NCBI GenBank assembly: GCA_963709345.1
Contig: CAVPVX010000002.1
Span: 224,001-288,000, forward strand
Direction: 5' to 3'
Origin: an uncultured Actinomycetes bacterium
Lineage (GTDB): Bacteria > Actinomycetota > Thermoleophilia > UBA2241
DNA: 64,000 nucleotides
The translations under genes and the position numbers were made by a program. The notes under the pieces were generated by a model that had not been told where the DNA came from, searched no databases, and saw only the letters and a list, made by a program, of their open reading frames with translations. The first letter of the stretch is position 1; every line of letters starts with the position of its first letter. Below are positions 28,108-38,045 of the stretch, in pieces.

Positions 28108-28348
28108 CGCCCGCCTTCTTGCGCGCCACGTAAGCTAGCATGTGGCTGACCGTGTCGAGATTCTCGTAGATGATATCCATGGGCTTCACCTTGATCGCGA
28201 ACGTCTCTTCGAGAAACGCGATCAGCGCCGTGAGGTTCATCGAATCGAGAAGCTGGTCGCGGAACAGAGACGTATCCGCGGTCACTTCTTCGTCGTCGAG
28301 TTCGGCCTCTTCGCGGATGAACTCCAGGATGGTGTCGGCGTCGGTCAT
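28100..28348 (-). CDS. Acyl carrier protein (DltC-like)
   Basis: 82 aa, acidic, LLDSMNL phosphopantetheine site, FLEETFAI, ENLDTV. Confidence 0.9.
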   Translation of the reverse strand: MTDADTILEFIREEAELDDEEVTADTSLFRDQLLDSMNLTALIAFLEETFAIKVKPMDIIYENLDTVSHMLAYVARKKAGDA

Positions 28349-28387
28349 GTGGGGTCCTTCACTGGTCGGGAGGCTGAGGGACCGCCT

Positions 28388-29074
28388 TCAGGTGCGCGTC
28401 CCCTGGCTGTACGAGAACCTCATGGGGCTGACGAAGCCGGTCGCCTCGACCCCGGCCTTGAACACCTTGGCCAGGGTGAACACGCGCTCCGCGGTCTGGA
28501 AGCCCTGCTCGAGGCCCCACTCGTCGCTGCGGATGTGGCCGCGGCCGCCGGCCCAGCCGTAAGCGCCGAACTGGCAGGTGCCGTCGCCGTTGCCGACGAC
28601 GAGGCAGCCGTTGCGCACGAAGGGCAGCCACGTGGCGATGATCGCCGTCTCGGCGCCGCCGGAGCGCCGCCCGGCGGTGGCCATGACGCCGACCGGCTTG
28701 TCGGCAAGCTTGAAGTCCTGGTGGCGCGGCACGCGCGTGCGCATGATGAACTTCGTGAACAGGTCCGAGGGAAGGCCGAAGTAGACCGGGGTGGCGACGA
28801 GCAGGCCGTCGGCGGCGATCATCTTCTCGAGCACGCCCTGGACGTCGTCCTCCTCGGCACGCACGCAGGGGATGAACTCCCCGGTGTCCTTCCTCTGGCC
28901 GCAGACGTTGCAGGCCTTGCAGGGCTCGACGTGGAGCGCGCGCAGGTGGACCACCTCGTGCTCGGCCTCGCCGGGGTAGGTGGCGTCGAGCTTCTCGAAC
29001 GCCGTCTCGAGCATGATCCCGCTGTTGCTGTTGTCTCGGGGGCTGCAGTCGAGCCCTATCAGTCGCACGGTCAT
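28388..29074 (-). CDS. Flavodoxin-like iron-sulfur flavoprotein / NADPH-FMN reductase family
   Basis: CSPRDNSNS, PCKACNVC, DDV, ATPVYFG, GRRSGGAE. Confidence 0.88.
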   Translation of the reverse strand: MTVRLIGLDCSPRDNSNSGIMLETAFEKLDATYPGEAEHEVVHLRALHVEPCKACNVCGQRKDTGEFIPCVRAEEDDVQGVLEKMIAADGLLVATPVYFGLPSDLFTKFIMRTRVPRHQDFKLADKPVGVMATAGRRSGGAETAIIATWLPFVRNGCLVVGNGDGTCQFGAYGWAGGRGHIRSDEWGLEQGFQTAERVFTLAKVFKAGVEATGFVSPMRFSYSQGTRT

Positions 29075-29270
29075 GCGTCGCGCTCCTCTCCGTGCACGTC
29101 CGCCCCGTCTGAGTTGAGGCGAATGGGATGGTCAGGCCCGCAGTCGCGTACGGGAGAGTGATTCTACCAGACGAACGCGGCCCTCGCGCCCGCCCGCGAG
29201 GTCGTGATGGCCCAGCGCTCCAAGGTGGCGGGCGAGGGAACGCCCAGGACCCGTAGGCTGGAGCGAGGGA

Positions 29271-29357
29271 TGGTGCCGGAGGTGGGATTTGAACCCACAC
29301 GCCCTTTCGGGCACCCGATTTTGAGTCGAGCGCGTCTACCAGTTCCGCCACACCGGC
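29271..29357 (-). tRNA. tRNA-Leu (anticodon CAA), CCA encoded
   Basis: GCCGGTGTGGCGGAACTGGTAGACGCGCTCGACT-CAA-AATCGGGTGCCCGAAAGGGCGTGTGGGTTCAAATCCCACCTCCGGCACCA; long variable arm; TAGAAT -10 at 29376-29381. Confidence 0.97.
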
Positions 29358-29488
29358 ACGGTGAGCCGTGCGGGGATTCTATCCTGCATGCTCGCCCGGC
29401 GCGACGACCGCCGGGCCGAAGGTCGGGTGAGGAGACGGCGTGCCTGACATAGGATGAGCACGTCCGGTCGGCGACGTAGGAGGGTTTC

Positions 29489-29956
29489 ATGCGCAGGGCT
29501 CTGTTCGTCTTGGCCGCGATCGCGATCGCGGCGCTCGTCATCGTCGGATGCGGCGGTTCCGAAGAGCCCGCGGCGAACGAGACGCCCGCCGCCCAGTCCC
29601 CGGCCGGCGACACCTGGACCACTGTCACCACGCTGCACTCGGACGACCCGCAGGAGATCAAGGGGCTCGACATCAGCGAACCGTTCACCGCCTCCGGCGA
29701 CGTCCGCTTCGTGGTCGATATGCCGGACGCCGGCGACGTGGACGGCGTGCTCGCCTTCGTGATGGCAGAAGACCAGGCCGGCGACGCCGCGTCCATCATG
29801 GAGGCCTTACGGGCCCTCCCGGACGCGCAGCAGCTGACGCTCATGCCGTCGCTCGGGGGCGAGGCTGTCGTGCCCGGCCTCGACGGCAGCTACGTGCTGG
29901 TCAGCTCGGTACCCAACGAGAAAGCCTGGTCCGTGGAGATCCAGACGCAGCAGTGA
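29489..29956 (+). CDS. Hypothetical lipoprotein
   Basis: AGGAGG RBS; signal MRRALFVLAAIAIAALVIVG-C lipobox; acidic mature part. Confidence 0.8.
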   Translation: MRRALFVLAAIAIAALVIVGCGGSEEPAANETPAAQSPAGDTWTTVTTLHSDDPQEIKGLDISEPFTASGDVRFVVDMPDAGDVDGVLAFVMAEDQAGDAASIMEALRALPDAQQLTLMPSLGGEAVVPGLDGSYVLVSSVPNEKAWSVEIQTQQ

Positions 29957-29982
29957 CGGCCGAGCACGATCGGCCGGCTCCA

Positions 29983-30029
29983 CACGAACGACCGGGGCGG
30001 CGCACTCTGCGCCGCCCCGGTCGTTCGTG
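29983..30029. terminator. Perfect 22-bp stem hairpin between convergent genes
   Basis: cacgaacgaccggggcggcgca-ctc-tgcgccgccccggtcgttcgtg. Confidence 0.8.
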
Positions 30030-30047
30030 CGTACGAGCTCGGTCGGA

Positions 30048-30743
30048 TCAGTACTGGGAGGCGAACGTCGTCGTCCACATCTGCGGACCCATGCCACGGC
30101 TCACGGCGTAGCAGGTCGCATAGATCTGCGAGCTGCCGTCGTAGATGCTGTCGTGGCGCCAGGGGTTCCAGCTCGCGGACCAGGTGCCGGTCCAGTACTG
30201 GAAGAGGCCCTTGAACGCAGTGGAGGAGCCGGCGAACCGCCGGCCGCCGGACTCGCGCATCATCATGCGATAGATGCCTGCGGCGTTCACGTGGTACTTG
30301 GCCGCCGCGATCTTGATGATCGGCAGCCAATTGCCACGCCGCTCCCACTCCGCGAGCCGCTGCTGCTGACGATACCGCTTCGCGAGCCGTTGCACCCGCT
30401 GCTTCCAGCGCTTCACGGCGCGGCGCTTGGCGACGACTTTCGCGCGAAGCTCCTCCAGCGACGGGGCGACCGTGGGGACGGGGTTCGGCGTGACGGGGTC
30501 GGCCGTCGCGCCGGCGCCGGCGGTCGCGGTGGTGGTGGCCGGGGTCTCGGCGACCAGCGCCGCCGCCAAGGCGGCCTGGGCACGGGCGAGGCGCTGGCGC
30601 GACTCGCGGAGGGAGTGCTTGGCGGCGCGGAGCTTGCCGCGCAGAGTGGCCGCTTCCGCCCGCTCGGGCAGCGCGGCGGCCACGAGAGCAGTGGCGATTA
30701 TGAGGAGTGCGGCGAGCGCGATCCAGCTCTTGAATCCTCTCAC
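30048..30743 (-). CDS. Secreted coiled-coil + lysozyme-like (SLT/Rpf-like) transglycosylase
   Basis: GTG 30743 with AAAGGA RBS; signal peptide ending AEA; MMRESGG, KGLFQY, TW, SQI motifs. Confidence 0.8.
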   Translation of the reverse strand: MRGFKSWIALAALLIIATALVAAALPERAEAATLRGKLRAAKHSLRESRQRLARAQAALAAALVAETPATTTATAGAGATADPVTPNPVPTVAPSLEELRAKVVAKRRAVKRWKQRVQRLAKRYRQQQRLAEWERRGNWLPIIKIAAAKYHVNAAGIYRMMMRESGGRRFAGSSTAFKGLFQYWTGTWSASWNPWRHDSIYDGSSQIYATCYAVSRGMGPQMWTTTFASQY

Positions 30744-30931
30744 AAGGTCCTTTCGACGCGATTTCCCGCGCGGGCAGCGGCAGAGCCTGTGCCCGGGGGC
30801 AGCCGGCGTCGGGCCGCGCGAGGCCCCGCACGCGAACGCCGCAAGAGGGAGAAAGGGAGAAAGCAGAGGGCGAACGGATGTGGGGGCGCGACAGACGCCT
30901 CGTTGTTCGTTCGATCGTGGAGTAAAGCAGG

Positions 30932-31573
30932 TCAGTCGCGCGGACGCAACCTGAGCGGGCTGCGCGCAGAGACTTCGACGATCCAGCCGAACACGTGGGA
31001 GCAGCTCCGCAGGACGATGAAGCCTGCCTCTTCCGCGAACCTCACCGTATCTCTGTCGAGCCGGCAGCCGCCGGCGAACGCCGCCCACGACGCCGCCGCC
31101 CGGGTCTGCAGACTGCGCGCCGGCTCCCAGGGCAGGTGCACGTGCTCGAGGAGAAGCAGCGAGCCGCCCGGCACGAGGACCCGGCGCAGCTCGGAGAGCG
31201 CCGCCGCCGGGTCGGTGACCGTGCAGAGACTGAAGACGCTCACGGCCGTGTCGAACGACGCCGCGCCGAACGGCAGTTCTTCGGCGCGGCCCTCCACGAA
31301 CGTGATGGGCGCGGCGGCGCCCGCCGCCCGCCGCCGCGCGCGCGCGACCATGCCGGCGTCGGGCTCCAGCGCCGTCACCGCGGCGCCGGGAGCGTACCAG
31401 CGCAGCTGGCTGCCCGTCCCGGCGCCGATCTCGAGCACGCGGCCGCGCGCCCGGGTTGCCAGGCGCCGCCGCCAGCCGCCGACAGCAGCGCGCTCGAAGG
31501 GCCACATGAACGCGTCGTACACGGCGGCGTGGCCGCCGGGCGGGGTTGAGATTCTCGTGTCTGTAGCCGACAC
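30932..31573 (-). CDS. Class I SAM-dependent methyltransferase
   Basis: VLEIGAGTG, AEELPF, FDTAV, LCTV, LRRVLVPGG, LLEHV, GGCRLDR. Confidence 0.9.
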   Translation of the reverse strand: MSATDTRISTPPGGHAAVYDAFMWPFERAAVGGWRRRLATRARGRVLEIGAGTGSQLRWYAPGAAVTALEPDAGMVARARRRAAGAAAPITFVEGRAEELPFGAASFDTAVSVFSLCTVTDPAAALSELRRVLVPGGSLLLLEHVHLPWEPARSLQTRAAASWAAFAGGCRLDRDTVRFAEEAGFIVLRSCSHVFGWIVEVSARSPLRLRPRD

Positions 31574-31650
31574 TAACGCCGTCCTTTCGCGTCCTCCGGT
31601 ACATGCCCCGCCGCCGGGCGCCACATGCATCGGGGCCCCGACGGGTGGCC

Positions 31651-32079
31651 ATGTCTCGTCTGTTCGATTTCACCAAGTACGATAAGGACGCGCCCGGAGC
31701 GCCGGTCGACCCGGAGCAGGCCGTCGAGCTCCGCCGCCTTGCCAATCTGTTCCTCGTCTCCGGCCTCACCCTCGTGCTGTTCATGATGCGCGCTCTCGCC
31801 GAAGGACTGGCGGTGACGTTCATCCCGGCCGGCGTCTACGCGGTCTGGGGCATCGTCCTGCTCACCGGCTGGGCCATGACGCTGGTGTACGGCGTCTACG
31901 TGACGTTCACGGCGCGACGCTGGGGCTGGTTCGCGCTGTGCGCCATCCCCTTCACGTGCGTGCCGTGCGCGGCGGCGTACGCGTGGGTCCGTCGCCAGGA
32001 GATCGAGCACGGCGTCCTCGGCGACCGGCCTGAGACTCCGGGGAGACAGCGGCGCGGAGGCCGCAGGAACAGACGCTGA
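31651..32079 (+). CDS. Hypothetical membrane protein
   Basis: About three hydrophobic segments; GC3-rich frame. Confidence 0.7.
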   Translation: MSRLFDFTKYDKDAPGAPVDPEQAVELRRLANLFLVSGLTLVLFMMRALAEGLAVTFIPAGVYAVWGIVLLTGWAMTLVYGVYVTFTARRWGWFALCAIPFTCVPCAAAYAWVRRQEIEHGVLGDRPETPGRQRRGGRRNRR

Positions 32080-32136
32080 AGGCGCAGGCGAGCGGGTCGC
32101 GACGCCACGCTCGCGCTCTGTGGTACGGTCGTCTGC

Positions 32137-33258
32137 TTGGGGTACGACCGGCGCGACTGGGGAGATGAGCCGATCAAGAAGACGATCCGCCACATCATCG
32201 TGTTCGTCGTCATCGTGGCGGCTCTGTACCTCCTGCTGCCGCGCCTCGTCGACACCGAGAAGACCTTCGGGTACGTCTCGCGCGCGAGTTACGCCCTGCT
32301 GGCGCTGGCGGTCGTCCTCGAGATCTTCGCCCTGCTGGGCTACGCGAACCTCTTCCGCTACATCCTGCGCGTCCTCGACATCCGCCTGCGACTCCACGAG
32401 GTCTTCGCGATCACGCTCAGCAGTCTGGCGGTGAGTCACATCTTGTCCGCCGGCGGTGTCGGCGGGTGGGTCGTCACCTACAACTCACTGCTCAAGCGCC
32501 GGGTGCCGCACGGCCTCATCTTCGTCGCCATCTCGGCGCAGCAGTTCTTCAACTACATCGTCCTGTGGTTCTTCTTCGCCCTGGCGATGGTCTACCTGGT
32601 GCTCGTGCGCGGCGGGCAGTCCATCGCCGGGTACCTGGTCGGCATCATCCTCATCGGCCTGATCCTCTGGCTGACTGTCTACGGCGTCTACCTCTACAAC
32701 CACCCGACGCGCATGCGTCTGCGCGTCGCGCAGCTTGCCCGCCTCGTGAACAGGGTGATGCGCCGCGAGGTCGTGGAGGAGCGCCACGTCGACGGGTGGC
32801 TCGACAACCTCTTCGTCGGCATGCGCCGCATGACGACCCACCACGGCTCGTTCCGCACCACGCTGCTGTTCGCCTGCGGCTTCTGGTTCTTCGACCTGCT
32901 CTGCCTGTGGTGCACGTTCGCGGCCTTCGGCTACACCATCGGCCTCGGCCACCTGCTTGTCGGCTACGTGGTGGCCTACTCGATCGGCACCCTCGCGCCC
33001 ACCCCGGGAGGATTGGGCGCCGTGGAGGGCCTCATGATCGCCCTCTACGCGAGCTTCGGCGTTCCCTCGGCGGTCGCCGTCGCGGTGGTCCTCGTGTACC
33101 GGATCATCAACTTCTGGCTGCCGATCCCGCCGGGCTTCATCGCCTACCTCGTAGTGCGCCCGGGCCGCCGCCGGGTCACCGAAGGCGAGGTCGAGGCGGC
33201 GGCGGGAGAGGCCGGTGCCGAGATCAGCGAGCGGACCCGCCGATCCGGTACACCTTGA
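32137..33258 (+). CDS. Lysylphosphatidylglycerol synthase TM-domain / UPF0104 flippase-like protein
   Basis: AGGVGG, APTPGGLGAVEG, VLVYRIINFWLP. Confidence 0.85.
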   Translation: MGYDRRDWGDEPIKKTIRHIIVFVVIVAALYLLLPRLVDTEKTFGYVSRASYALLALAVVLEIFALLGYANLFRYILRVLDIRLRLHEVFAITLSSLAVSHILSAGGVGGWVVTYNSLLKRRVPHGLIFVAISAQQFFNYIVLWFFFALAMVYLVLVRGGQSIAGYLVGIILIGLILWLTVYGVYLYNHPTRMRLRVAQLARLVNRVMRREVVEERHVDGWLDNLFVGMRRMTTHHGSFRTTLLFACGFWFFDLLCLWCTFAAFGYTIGLGHLLVGYVVAYSIGTLAPTPGGLGAVEGLMIALYASFGVPSAVAVAVVLVYRIINFWLPIPPGFIAYLVVRPGRRRVTEGEVEAAAGEAGAEISERTRRSGTP

Positions 33259-34873
33259 GTACCGGCCCGCGCTCGCCGGGACCGGGCCGGAACTCCTTCA
33301 CCAGCTCTGACTCGGCGTCCAGCCTGCGATAGAACTCGGCGGCCACCGGATACACCTCCGCCGCCGCAAGCACGCGCTCGAAGACCGCGCCGCTCACCAC
33401 GACGTACTCCACGCCCTGCGTGCGGAGCGCCGCCAGCTCCCTGGAGCCGTCGGGCGTGGCCGGAGCGGGCAGCTCGAGGCGCGTCACCTGGTAGGCCACC
33501 GCGTCGACCCCCGCGGTACGGTAGTCGGCCGCCGCCTCGGCACCCACGAGCGGCGGGCCGTGGGTCTCAACGGCGATCGACGTGCCCTGCGGCAGGTGCG
33601 TCTCGATCCACTGCTTGGCCACGACACGCATGTCCGGGCCGCTGAGCTCGCGATCGAACTCGATCGAGGCCGCGAGCGGCACGAGGAAGGCGGCGACCAG
33701 GACGGCCACCGCGAGCGGCACGACCGCGCGCCTCGCGCGCGGTCGCAGTCCCACCACTTCCACGATGAAGCGCATCGCGAGGACGATCAGCAGCGGGATG
33801 ATGGGCAGCAGGTAGCGGTCGGCCAGCGCCGTCCACGTCCCGATGTAGATGTAGTACCCGAGGACATACGGCACGACGAGCACGTCGAAGCGCGTACGGC
33901 GCCACAGCGCCCACCCGAGGCCGGCGACGCCCAGCCCCAGAAGGACGACGCCGAGCGCGCCACCGAGGTTCGTCGAGAGGTTGTACCAGAGCCCGTTGCC
34001 GGTGCTCTCGAACCCCAGCCACCCTCGCTCCATGATGCGGTTCTGGCGCACGAAGTCGGAGACGAAGCGCGGCGCGTCGAGCACCACGAACGGAGAGGCG
34101 ACGACGAAGGCGATGAGCATCGGCGCGTAGACACGGCTGGCGACGAGACGGATCCAGACGAATGCCGCGCGCGCGCCTGCGGCCACGCGCCGCGCCGCCT
34201 CCTCGCGGCACACGTACACGGCGGCGACCGTCGCCGGCAGCACCAGCATGCCGAGGTTGTACTTCGTCGACGTGGCCAGACCGGCGGTTACCGCCCCCCA
34301 GACGAGCCAGCGACGCCCGCCGCCGCCGACGGCCCGCTGCAGCAGCGCAAACGCGAGAAGCGAGAGCGCGACCGCCGTGACGTCCGTCACCGCCATGTGG
34401 GAGTAGGCGACGTGGAGCGGCACGACGGCGAGGAACAGGGCGGCGAGCAGGCCGGCCGGGCGGCCGAAGGCGACCCGGCCGAGCCGATACACGAGGTACA
34501 CCGACGCCGTGCCCATCGCCACCGACAGCAGCCGGCCGAGCAGGAAGTACGGGCCAGGGTCGACGACGAAGGCGACCTGCGACAGGAAGTTCCCCTGCCC
34601 CGCCGCCCACCAGACCGGCGCGGCGACGAGGTAAAGGGACCCGACCAGGTAGAAGAAGAAGGACGGATAGAAGAAGAACTGCGGGTTGACGTGCCCGCGC
34701 GCGGCCGCGAACGCCTTGGGGACGACGGTGCTCTCGTCGACGTTCACGAGGCTGTACGGCAGACCCCAGGTCACGCCCTTGAGGCGCAGCGCGAGGGCGA
34801 GCGCGAGCACTGCGAGGAGCAGGACTCCCGCGAGTCCGTGACGGCGCCACGGCCGCGCAACCGCTCGCCTCAC
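33224..34873 (-). CDS. GT-C fold glycosyltransferase (GT39/ArnT/PMT-like)
   Basis: NVDE, FFYPS, GRLLS, SHMAVTD, ATSTKYN, RYLLP. GTG 34873 overlaps the hisI stop. Confidence 0.85.
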   Translation of the reverse strand: MRRAVARPWRRHGLAGVLLLAVLALALALRLKGVTWGLPYSLVNVDESTVVPKAFAAARGHVNPQFFFYPSFFFYLVGSLYLVAAPVWWAAGQGNFLSQVAFVVDPGPYFLLGRLLSVAMGTASVYLVYRLGRVAFGRPAGLLAALFLAVVPLHVAYSHMAVTDVTAVALSLLAFALLQRAVGGGGRRWLVWGAVTAGLATSTKYNLGMLVLPATVAAVYVCREEAARRVAAGARAAFVWIRLVASRVYAPMLIAFVVASPFVVLDAPRFVSDFVRQNRIMERGWLGFESTGNGLWYNLSTNLGGALGVVLLGLGVAGLGWALWRRTRFDVLVVPYVLGYYIYIGTWTALADRYLLPIIPLLIVLAMRFIVEVVGLRPRARRAVVPLAVAVLVAAFLVPLAASIEFDRELSGPDMRVVAKQWIETHLPQGTSIAVETHGPPLVGAEAAADYRTAGVDAVAYQVTRLELPAPATPDGSRELAALRTQGVEYVVVSGAVFERVLAAAEVYPVAAEFYRRLDAESELVKEFRPGPGERGPVLKVYRIGGSAR

Positions 34874-35238
34874 CCGGCCTCCGGGTCGGGGCGCGTGACG
34901 GCGGCGGCGTTGGCGGCCTCGTGGAAGCAGCTGACGGCTCCCGTGTGGCACGCGGGCCCGGCGCACTCCACGGTCAGCAGAACCGTGTCGAAATCGCAGT
35001 CGAGCCGCGCCTCGACCACGCGCTGCGTGTTGCCGCTGGTGGCGCCCTTGTGCCAGAGCTCGCGCCGGCTCCGGCTCCAGAAATGCGCCTCGCCGCTGGT
35101 CAGCGTGGCCGCCATCGCCTCGGCGTCGGCGTAGGCGACCATCAGCACCTCACGGCTGCCCGCGGCCTGGACGACGCAGGGGACCAGTCCGTCGGCGTTG
35201 TAGCGCACCAGCTTGAGAAAGGCCTCGTGATCGATGAT
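34870..35238 (-). CDS. hisI: Phosphoribosyl-AMP cyclohydrolase (start uncertain: GTG 35208 or ATC 35235/35238)
   Basis: [46 protein letters not shown]. Confidence 0.93.
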   Translation of the reverse strand: MIDHEAFLKLVRYNADGLVPCVVQAAGSREVLMVAYADAEAMAATLTSGEAHFWSRSRRELWHKGATSGNTQRVVEARLDCDFDTVLLTVECAGPACHTGAVSCFHEAANAAAVTRPDPEAG

Positions 35239-35260
35239 GGTCTCCTCGCTCCCGCCCGGA

Positions 35261-35947
35261 TCAGGCGAGACAGCTCTGCATTATGGCGACACCGGCGCTG
35301 GTACCCACGCGGACGGCGCCGGCGTTGACCATGAGCTCCACGTCGCGCGCGGTCCGGATGCCACCCGACGCCTTGACGCCGATGTGCTCGTCGAGGCAGT
35401 CCCGCAACAACTCGACGTCGGCGACGGTAGCCCCGTGAGGGCCGCAGCCGGTGGACGTCTTCACGAAGTCGACGCCGGCCTCGGTGCAGATCAGGCACGC
35501 GAGGCGCTTCATCTTGTTCGAGAGGTAGCACGTCTCGATGATCGCCTTCACGATGACCTGGCCGCGCCCGCTGTTGACGCCGCGCACGCGGACGGCGCGG
35601 ACCACGCCGGCGAGCTCGTCGCGGACGAGTCCGAACTCGCCGGAGAGGAACGCCGGGACGTTGATGACCACGTCGACCTCGTCGGAGCCGCTCGAGAGGG
35701 CCTCGACCGCCGCCACCGCCTTGACGCGGGGAAGGTCGGCGCCGAACGGGAATGAGACGACCGAGCACACCTTGACGTCGGCGCCCCCCAGAAGCCTCGC
35801 GGCCAGCGGGACGAAGTGCGGGAACACGCAGACGGCGGCGAAGTGGTACTCCGCCGCCTCGGCGCAGAGGCGCTCGACGTCGGCGCTCGTCCCGTCGGCG
35901 CGCAGCAGCGTGTGGTCGATCGTCTTGGCGAGTTCTTCGGGGAGCAC
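35261..35947 (-). CDS. deoC: Deoxyribose-phosphate aldolase
   Basis: [43 protein letters not shown]. Confidence 0.95.
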   Translation of the reverse strand: MLPEELAKTIDHTLLRADGTSADVERLCAEAAEYHFAAVCVFPHFVPLAARLLGGADVKVCSVVSFPFGADLPRVKAVAAVEALSSGSDEVDVVINVPAFLSGEFGLVRDELAGVVRAVRVRGVNSGRGQVIVKAIIETCYLSNKMKRLACLICTEAGVDFVKTSTGCGPHGATVADVELLRDCLDEHIGVKASGGIRTARDVELMVNAGAVRVGTSAGVAIMQSCLA

Positions 35948-36035
35948 GCCTCGGCCTCCGGGCGGCGGACGACAGAACGGCGAAGCGCCGCCGAGTATAC
36001 CAAACCGGGATCCCGCCTCTCCTTGCCCGCTTCCC

Positions 36036-36923
36036 TTACAGCAAGCGCTCGATGTAGCGCTCGTCGCGACGCCAACGCTTGCGCACCTTGACGCGCAGGG
36101 CAAGGAACACATGCACGCCGAGCACCGCCTCGATCTCGTGACGCGCGCCGCTGCCGACAGCCTTGACCACGCGCCCCCCCTTGCCGACCACGATCGCCTT
36201 CTGCGACTCCGTCTCGACGATGAGGCTCGCCTCGATCTCGACGAGCGGACGGTCGCTGCGCTCGGTGATCGAGACGACTTCTGCGGCGATGGCGTGCGGC
36301 ACTTCTTCACGGGTGAGCCGCAGCGCCTGCTCGCGGATGAGCTCGGCGACGAGCAGCTCCAGCGGCTGGTCGCTCCGCTGGCCCTCGGGAAAGTACACGG
36401 GGCCGGGCGGCATCGCCGCCGTGAGACGTGCCAGCACGTCGGCGAGCCCGTCACAGCGGAGCGCCGAGACGGCGAGGACCTCGCGGCCTCCCGAGAGAGC
36501 GCGCGCCTCGTCGAGGCGCGCGCCGAGGCGCGGCCCGTCGACGAGGTCGATCTTGTTGAGGACGAACACGGCGGGCACGCCGGCCGCGGCGACCGACTGG
36601 ACGATGTAGCGGTCGCCGGCGCCGAACTCCTCGGTGGCGTTCAGCAGCACGAGCGCCGCGTCGACCTCACCCAGGGCGTCGTCCACCGTCTTCTGCATGC
36701 GGCGCGTCAGCGAGTCGAACGGCTTCTGGAAGCCGGGCAGGTCGAGCAGCACGACCTGGCAGTCCTCGAGCGTGACCACGCCGGTGATGCGCCGCCTCGT
36801 GGTCTGCGGGTGATCGCTGACGATGCTCACCTTGCGCCCGACGAGCGCGTTGACCAGCGTGGACTTGCCGACGTTGGGGCGGCCGAAGAGGGCGACGAAC
36901 CCGCTGTGAAAGTCGTCAGCCAT
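36036..36923 (-). CDS. era: GTPase Era
   Basis: GRPNVGKSTL, QTTR, DLPG, NKID, EEVPH, KH domain. Confidence 0.96.
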   Translation of the reverse strand: MADDFHSGFVALFGRPNVGKSTLVNALVGRKVSIVSDHPQTTRRRITGVVTLEDCQVVLLDLPGFQKPFDSLTRRMQKTVDDALGEVDAALVLLNATEEFGAGDRYIVQSVAAAGVPAVFVLNKIDLVDGPRLGARLDEARALSGGREVLAVSALRCDGLADVLARLTAAMPPGPVYFPEGQRSDQPLELLVAELIREQALRLTREEVPHAIAAEVVSITERSDRPLVEIEASLIVETESQKAIVVGKGGRVVKAVGSGARHEIEAVLGVHVFLALRVKVRKRWRRDERYIERLL

Positions 36924-37329
36924 CGGCCGCGCCGCCGCGCCCCTGGAACGGAGCCGTCAGAAGATCCCGAAGCCGCACGACGCGAACGTCGCCGCCCGTC
37001 TTGGCCACGACCTCCGCATCGCCGAACTCGGCGAGCGCCTGCAGGCACATGCCGCAGGGCAGGCACTCGGAGCCGTCGGCGGCGGCAACCGCCACGTAAC
37101 GCACCTCGCGCTCGCCGAAGACGACCATGGCGGCGAGCGCGGCCCGCTCCGCGCAGAGACCGGCCGGGTACGACGCGTTCTCGACGTTGGCGCCGTGATG
37201 ACTGCGGCCGGACGGCCCTACCACCACGGCCCCAACGGCGAAGCCCGAGTACGGCGCGTAGGCTCGCTCGGCCACGGTGACGGCCTCCTGGAAGAGGATC
37301 CGCTCGGACAGCTCGGGAGCGCGGCTCAT
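36916..37329 (-). CDS. cdd: Cytidine deaminase
   Basis: AYAPYSGFAVGA, NVENASY, CAERAA, PCGMCLQ. Confidence 0.93.
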   Translation of the reverse strand: MSRAPELSERILFQEAVTVAERAYAPYSGFAVGAVVVGPSGRSHHGANVENASYPAGLCAERAALAAMVVFGEREVRYVAVAAADGSECLPCGMCLQALAEFGDAEVVAKTGGDVRVVRLRDLLTAPFQGRGGAADG

Positions 37330-38045
37330 GTCGGGTACCAGATCCTGAAGAGCAGGGCGGTGATGGCGATGCCGAGCGCCGCCCCCACCGCCACCTCCAG
37401 CAGGCTGTGGATGCCGGCCTGGACGCGGCTCTGGGCGACCAGCACCGCGAGGAACAGGGTGATCGCCGAGATCGGCAGCGCGAACGTGGTACTGGCGGCG
37501 ACGAAGGTCACCGCCACCCAGGCGGCGAAAGCGAGTGCCGCGTGCACCGAGGGCAGCCCTCCGCGAAACGCGGTGCCCCGGTGCGTCAGAGCCTTCAGAG
37601 CGATGGCGGCCAGCACGACGATGAAAAGGGCGATCACCGTGATGTCGATCGGCGAGCCGCGCAGCTTGCCGAGGATGGTGTACGGGACGCTGGTGATCTT
37701 GGCGTAGAAGACCAGATACGCGACGACCACCGCATTGACCGTGGCGATGAGCACCGCGCCGGCGGCCACGTCCTTGGCCACCTTGGCGCGCGGGTCGTCC
37801 TGATCGGTGACGAGATCGACGATGTGCTCGATCGCGGTGTTGAACATCTCGGTGATGAGCACGAACGAGATGGCCACGAACAGCGCGATCACCTCCAGGC
37901 GGGTGAGCGCGAAGAACAGGCTGGCGAGCAGCACCAGCGCCGCGATCCCGAAGTGGATCCACATGTTGCGCTCGAAGCGCAACGCGTGGACGATGCCGTC
38001 GAACGCGTAATTGAAGCTGCTGAGCAGACTACCGCGGCGCGACAA
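37326..38045 (-). CDS. dgkA: Diacylglycerol/undecaprenol kinase fused to PAP2-like domain
   Basis: SFNYAFDG, EMFNTAIE, AKDVAAGAV; C-term GGLPSVH, QSRVQAGIH. Confidence 0.88.
   Translation of the reverse strand: MSRRGSLLSSFNYAFDGIVHALRFERNMWIHFGIAALVLLASLFFALTRLEVIALFVAISFVLITEMFNTAIEHIVDLVTDQDDPRAKVAKDVAAGAVLIATVNAVVVAYLVFYAKITSVPYTILGKLRGSPIDITVIALFIVVLAAIALKALTHRGTAFRGGLPSVHAALAFAAWVAVTFVAASTTFALPISAITLFLAVLVAQSRVQAGIHSLLEVAVGAALGIAITALLFRIWYPT

Noticed and set aside
19500-29271. tRNA-Leu-anchored genomic island carrying the dlt-like operon
   Set aside because: No integrase, no duplicated tRNA 3' end noticed, and no visible compositional shift.
28359-29351. 330-aa ORF starting MAELVDALDSKSG
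   Set aside because: It is a translation of the tRNA-Leu gene running into an alternate frame of the flavodoxin gene.
29983-30029. CRISPR repeat or REP/MITE element
   Set aside because: Single copy, no spacers or cas genes; position fits a terminator.
30744-30930. Possible c-di-AMP (ydaO) riboswitch upstream of the Rpf/SLT-like gene
   Set aside because: The hallmark segments (GAATCC, GGGGTGAAT, CCCGTCAGCTAAC) are not present; only a pyrimidine-rich tract is seen.
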